A stretch of DNA of 54,353 nucleotides from Candidatus Bipolaricaulota bacterium (GTDB lineage Bacteria > Bipolaricaulota > Bipolaricaulia > UBA7950 > UBA9294). The translations under genes were made by a program, and so were the position numbers. This document shows, piece after piece, positions 50,675 through 54,353 of the stretch (position 1 is the first letter of the stretch; each line of letters opens with the position of its first letter). The stretch covers positions 1-54,353 of the forward strand of contig JBFYQP010000125.1 of the NCBI GenBank assembly GCA_041302745.1, in the 5' to 3' direction. Below the pieces are notes generated by a model. It was not told where the DNA came from. It saw only the letters and a list, made by a program, of their open reading frames with translations, and ran no database searches.

Positions 50675-51929
50675 GCTTCACCTCGCCGATCCGAACGGGA
50701 GCCCCGGGCTGGTACCCGAGCCGGCGAAGCTCCTTCATCACGCCCATCTTGTTCAACCGGTCGATCAGGTAGGCCTCGGCGTCCCAAGACGTCAGCACCA
50801 GCTTTCGAGCGAGCGTTTCGACCTCTTGGCCCGTGACGCGGAACCCATCCCCGTCGTTCTCCACCCGGAACCCCGTCTCCCCGTGGAACTGGTACACGCG
50901 CCGTCGAAGCGGCGATGGCGCGAACAGCTCCTTCTCCCGCTCGACAACCAGAGCACGGTACACGCGATCGATGACGTCCCGGACCCCGGTCATCGTCGCG
51001 ACGGAGATCGGGACGAGATCGACGCCGAGGGCCGCGAAACGCTCTCGAAGCGCCGCGACGTCCTCGGCGGAGATGAGATCGATCTTGTTCCCCGCGACGA
51101 CCTGGGGCCGAGCGCCGAGCGCCGGAGCGAACGACGCGAGCTCGTAGTTGATCTGGTGGAAGTCGTCAACCGGGTCGCGCCCGTCGAGCCGCGCCAGGTC
51201 GACCATGTGCAAGAGAACGCGGGTCCGCTCGACGTGACGAAGGAATCGGTCGCCCAGCCCTCGGCCTTCGTGCGCGCCCTCGACCAGTCCCGGAACGTCG
51301 ACGGCAACGAACTGATTCCGCCCGTCCACGTCGACGACGCCGAGGTTCGGCACGAGCGTCGTGAACGGGTAGTCGGCCACCTTGGCGCGCTTCCCCGAGA
51401 TCGACGAGATCAGACTCGACTTCCCGACGTTCGGATACCCGATGATCCCGACGTCGGCAATCAGCTTGAGTTCGAGCCGCAGCGTCTTCGACTCGCCGGA
51501 AAGGCCGCGCTCGCGGAGCCGCGGCGTCGTTCGTGTGGAGCAGGCAAACGCGTCGTTCCCGCGCCCGCCTTCTCCTCCTCGCGCCACGAGAACCTCGTCG
51601 TTCACGAGCGCCAGGTCGGCGATCACCTCGCGGTCGGGCCCTCGCACGACGGTCCCGACCGGAACGTGGACGATCAGCTCCTCGCCGGCGGCGCCATTCT
51701 GGCGGTTCCGATCGCCGCCCGTCCCGTCCTGCCCCGCAAAGAGCGGGCGGTTTCGGAACGAGTACAGCGTGGACATGCTCGCCGTCGCCCGCAGGACGAC
51801 GTCTCCGCCCGGTCCGCCGTTTCCCCCGTCGGGTCCTCCCCGAGGGTTGTGACGGCTGGACATGAAGTGGATCACCCCGCTGCCACCGCGTCCGCCGCGC
51901 ACGCGGATGGTTGCTTCGTCAAGAAACAT
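50652..51929 (-). CDS. obg: GTPase Obg/CgtA
   Basis: MFLDEATIRVRGGRGGSGVIHF; GGPDGGNGGPGGDV; G1 GYPNVGKSS; G3 DVPGL; C-terminal OCT-like domain. Confidence 0.97.
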   Translation of the reverse strand: MFLDEATIRVRGGRGGSGVIHFMSSRHNPRGGPDGGNGGPGGDVVLRATASMSTLYSFRNRPLFAGQDGTGGDRNRQNGAAGEELIVHVPVGTVVRGPDREVIADLALVNDEVLVARGGEGGRGNDAFACSTRTTPRLRERGLSGESKTLRLELKLIADVGIIGYPNVGKSSLISSISGKRAKVADYPFTTLVPNLGVVDVDGRNQFVAVDVPGLVEGAHEGRGLGDRFLRHVERTRVLLHMVDLARLDGRDPVDDFHQINYELASFAPALGARPQVVAGNKIDLISAEDVAALRERFAALGVDLVPISVATMTGVRDVIDRVYRALVVEREKELFAPSPLRRRVYQFHGETGFRVENDGDGFRVTGQEVETLARKLVLTSWDAEAYLIDRLNKMGVMKELRRLGYQPGAPVRIGEVKLEFELEQ

Positions 51930-51964
51930 CGGTCGTCATGGGGATGATCCCGATCGTGCGGAGG

Positions 51965-52225
51965 TCAAGCGGTCGGCGCGGCGGGCAGTACACTGATGTG
52001 CTTCTTGCCCCGCCCCTCGAAGTGGACGTATCCCGGAGCGGTGGCGAAGATCGTGAAGTCGCGTCCAATCCCGACGTTCGTCCCGACCGCGAACTTCGTG
52101 CCGCGCTGGCGAACGATGATGGTCCCCGCTTCCACCCATTCCCCGCCGAAGCGCTTGACCCCGAGCCGTTGGCCCGGACTGTCGTGCACGTTCTGCGTGG
52201 ATCCCGTACTCGTCTTGTGCGCCAT
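51965..52225 (-). CDS. rpmA: 50S ribosomal protein L27 (no N-terminal propeptide)
   Basis: [28 protein letters not shown]. The mature-type N-terminus begins directly at Met-Ala-His-Lys. Confidence 0.97.
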   Translation of the reverse strand: MAHKTSTGSTQNVHDSPGQRLGVKRFGGEWVEAGTIIVRQRGTKFAVGTNVGIGRDFTIFATAPGYVHFEGRGKKHISVLPAAPTA

Positions 52226-52234
52226 CGTTTCTCC

Positions 52235-52561
52235 TTACAACACCTCAACGCCGACCGCCGCGTCGTGGACGACGAGGTCGTCCGGGCAGTCCCGCTCCAA
52301 CAGGCGGAACCCGATCGCGAGCGTCTCGAGCACCGCATCCAGCTCGCGTGCCAAGTGCGGATCGCTCCGGTCGACGGCGAGGTACATCTCCTCCGAAAGG
52401 GAGCTGTCGGACTGGACGTGCAGGTACTCGGTCAGCGCCGCGGACCCCGCCCGCAGGAGCTGGAACACGCCGACGCCGGGCAGCGTCTCGGGAGACAACC
52501 CCCGGGCCACAAACCCCACGATGCGGTTCGTCTCATCTCGCTGAACCAAGACCTCGCCCAA
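52235..52561 (-). CDS. Prp/YsxB (DUF464)-like protein between rplU and rpmA, apparently lacking the catalytic His/Cys
   Basis: Position and size (108 aa) match ribosomal-processing cysteine protease Prp. By-eye alignment puts ARGLSPETLPGVGVFQLLRAGSAAL opposite the canonical GHA...DIVCAAVSAL. Confidence 0.55.
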   Translation of the reverse strand: MGEVLVQRDETNRIVGFVARGLSPETLPGVGVFQLLRAGSAALTEYLHVQSDSSLSEEMYLAVDRSDPHLARELDAVLETLAIGFRLLERDCPDDLVVHDAAVGVEVL

Positions 52562-52569
52562 CCGTCCCC

Positions 52570-52884
52570 CTATCCCTCGATCGCCTGGATCGAGGTCGCC
52601 ATGTATCCCTGGCGATGCCCCTGCTTCTTCCGGTACCCCTTCTTCGCCTTGTACTTGTAGACGATGATCTTGTCGCCGCGGCCGGCCTCTTTGACCTCGC
52701 CCACGACCTTCGCACCGTCGACGTAGGGCGTGCCGATCTGCACGCCGTCCTCCGTGGCAAGAAGAAGCACCTTGTCGAACTCCACCGTCGCCCCAACCTC
52801 GACGCCGGGCAGGAGTTCGTGCGCGAGCAGCATCCCCTGCTCCACTCGGTACTGCTTTCCTCCGGTCTCAATCACTGCATACAT
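52570..52884 (-). CDS. rplU: 50S ribosomal protein L21
   Basis: MYAVIETGGKQYRVEQG...KIIVYKYKAKKGYRKKQGHRQ. Confidence 0.97.
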   Translation of the reverse strand: MYAVIETGGKQYRVEQGMLLAHELLPGVEVGATVEFDKVLLLATEDGVQIGTPYVDGAKVVGEVKEAGRGDKIIVYKYKAKKGYRKKQGHRQGYMATSIQAIEG

Positions 52885-52910
52885 CGATGGTTCACCCCAA
52901 TCTGGGTCTG

Positions 52911-52939
52911 ATTCTAGCTGTCGCGATCTGCGTTTGCAA
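52911..52939 (-). promoter_or_regulatory. Candidate sigma-70 promoter for the rplU operon (TTGCAA-17-TAGAAT on the minus strand)
   Basis: Minus-strand TTGCAA at 52939-52934, 17-nt spacer, TAGAAT at 52916-52911. It lies 27 nt upstream of the rplU ATG. Confidence 0.5.
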
Positions 52940-52943
52940 CCGG

Positions 52944-54353
52944 CTAGCCAACGGGCGTCCCGGGTTCGACGGGGCGCTCGGGGCCGATCAGGGCGAGCGG
53001 GGATCCCTGAGCCGCCAGGAGCATCGCTTCCGACTCGATCCCGCGGATCGTCCTCTTCTCGAGGTTGGTGACGACGACGACCGACTTGCCCACCAACTCC
53101 GCGGGCTCGTAGCTCTCGCGGATTCCGGCGACGCAGGTGCGCGTCTCCGCGCCGAGATCGACCGTCAGTTTGACCAGGCGGCTCGCCCCGGCCACCGCCG
53201 CCGCCTCGCGGATCACGCCCACCCGGAAATCAAGCTTCGAGAACTCCTCGAAGGACACCGGCGCGGGAGTTGCTCCGGACGGCGACGCCCCCTTCGCGGT
53301 CACCTGCCCGCGGATCGACTCGACCTCGATCCGCTCGAGCAGGACGCGGTCCGCCGTCACGCTCGTTCCCCCGAGCGGCCGATCGAGGTCGCCCCACGTG
53401 GGCGCATCGATGTGCAGAATGCGCAGCACGGACGACGCGAACTTCGGGACGTACGGCAGGAGGAGAATCGCTATCCCCTTCACGAGGTGCGCGGCGCTCG
53501 CCACGGCCGATCCGTCCTTCGTCGCCCACGGCCGCTTCCGCTGGAAGTACTCGTTTCCGAAGACCGCCAGGTCGCACGCGCTCCGGAGCGCGGTCCCGAG
53601 GAGCCCCGCGTCGATCGCCTTCTCGTACGCGATGACGGTCTTCGCCAGCCGCTCGACGACCTCGCCGTCTGCGGGCACGTCGGGAACCACACCGCCCTGA
53701 TGCGTCTGAACGAACGAAAGCACCCGGTTGATCAGGTTCGCGACGTTCGAGATCAAGATGCCGTTAACGGCCTTCTCGAGCTCCTCCCACGAGAAGTTGA
53801 CGTCCCTCGCCTCCGGCCGGTTGTAGAGGAGGTAGAAGCGCCAGAACTCGGCGTCCATGACGCGGAGCGCCTCGTCGCAGTACAGGCCCACGCCGCGCGT
53901 CTTCGAGAAGCTGTCGCCGCCGATCCAGTTCAGGTACTCCGTGGCGGCGATCTGGTCCGGCAGGTGGTACCCGCGGCCCGACGCGATCAGCTGGCCGGGG
54001 AAAATGAGCGAGTGGAACGGGATGTTGTCCTTCCCGATCGTGTAGATCTGAAAGACGTCGTCGCCGAACCAGAAGTCCTTCCACCGCTCGTCGCCGCGGA
54101 AGTGCTCGATCACCGCCGAGACGTAGCCGAGGGCCGCCTCGCCCCAGACATAGATGACCTTCCCCTCGGCTCCTTCGAACGGCGCAGGGATTCCCCAGTC
54201 GATGTCCCGGGTCATCGCCCGCGGCTTCAGGCCGTCGTCGATCATCTGCTGGGTGAAGAGGTGGACGTTTCCTTGGAATCCGCGCGACGTCACGTAGGAC
54301 GTCAACGCCCGCGCCAGCTTCGGAAGGTCGAGGTACCAGTGCTTCGTCTCGCG
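52944..54353 (-). CDS. metG: Methionyl-tRNA synthetase, 5'-truncated by the window edge
   Basis: The ORF is open to the window end. Anticodon-binding region plus a C-terminal EMAP/Trbp111-like tRNA-binding domain (FSKLDFRVGVIREA...KLTVDLG...VVVVTNLEKRTIRGIESEAMLLAA). Confidence 0.95.
   Translation of the reverse strand, partial: RETKHWYLDLPKLARALTSYVTSRGFQGNVHLFTQQMIDDGLKPRAMTRDIDWGIPAPFEGAEGKVIYVWGEAALGYVSAVIEHFRGDERWKDFWFGDDVFQIYTIGKDNIPFHSLIFPGQLIASGRGYHLPDQIAATEYLNWIGGDSFSKTRGVGLYCDEALRVMDAEFWRFYLLYNRPEARDVNFSWEELEKAVNGILISNVANLINRVLSFVQTHQGGVVPDVPADGEVVERLAKTVIAYEKAIDAGLLGTALRSACDLAVFGNEYFQRKRPWATKDGSAVASAAHLVKGIAILLLPYVPKFASSVLRILHIDAPTWGDLDRPLGGTSVTADRVLLERIEVESIRGQVTAKGASPSGATPAPVSFEEFSKLDFRVGVIREAAAVAGASRLVKLTVDLGAETRTCVAGIRESYEPAELVGKSVVVVTNLEKRTIRGIESEAMLLAAQGSPLALIGPERPVEPGTPVG

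Overview
54.3 kb of a visibly GC-rich bacterial chromosome (about two-thirds G+C by eye, not computed). Gene density is high and many start/stop junctions overlap by 1-4 nt (ATGA/GTGA/TTGA). I support about 57 protein genes, 2 tRNAs (Pro-TGG, Val-CAC), a type A RNase P RNA and one TPP riboswitch. I saw no rRNA, CRISPR array, IS element or prophage. The right half (39-54 kb) is housekeeping: dnaX-ybaB, rnpB, rpe-ribD, rng-folK-folB, infC-rpmI-rplT, nadD, obg, rplU-prp-rpmA and metG. The left half is accessory. It holds a cysteate-synthase-like PLP enzyme divergent from a sulfite-oxidase-fold Mo enzyme, a cluster of secreted hydrolases, a PuuR-like regulator with a two-subunit sarcosine-oxidase/HcnABC-like flavoenzyme, and a TPP-riboswitch-controlled thiN-thiXYZ salvage operon. 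The best candidate for an under-described system is at 28.2-39.0 kb. There a perfect lox/dif-like inverted repeat and a 205-aa catalytic-domain-only tyrosine recombinase sit at the head of a ~10 kb, seven-gene translationally coupled MoxR / DUF58 / double-vWA membrane module, whose first three proteins I cannot place in any family. Smaller oddities: apparent AUC start codons for infC and rng, a Prp homologue lacking its Cys/His dyad, a ~98-100 bp tandem duplication carrying tRNA-Val 5'-arm mimics, and several candidate operators and leaders. Most long ORFs in the six-frame track are GC-driven shadow frames and were rejected. All family assignments come from reading motifs by eye; no database search was run.
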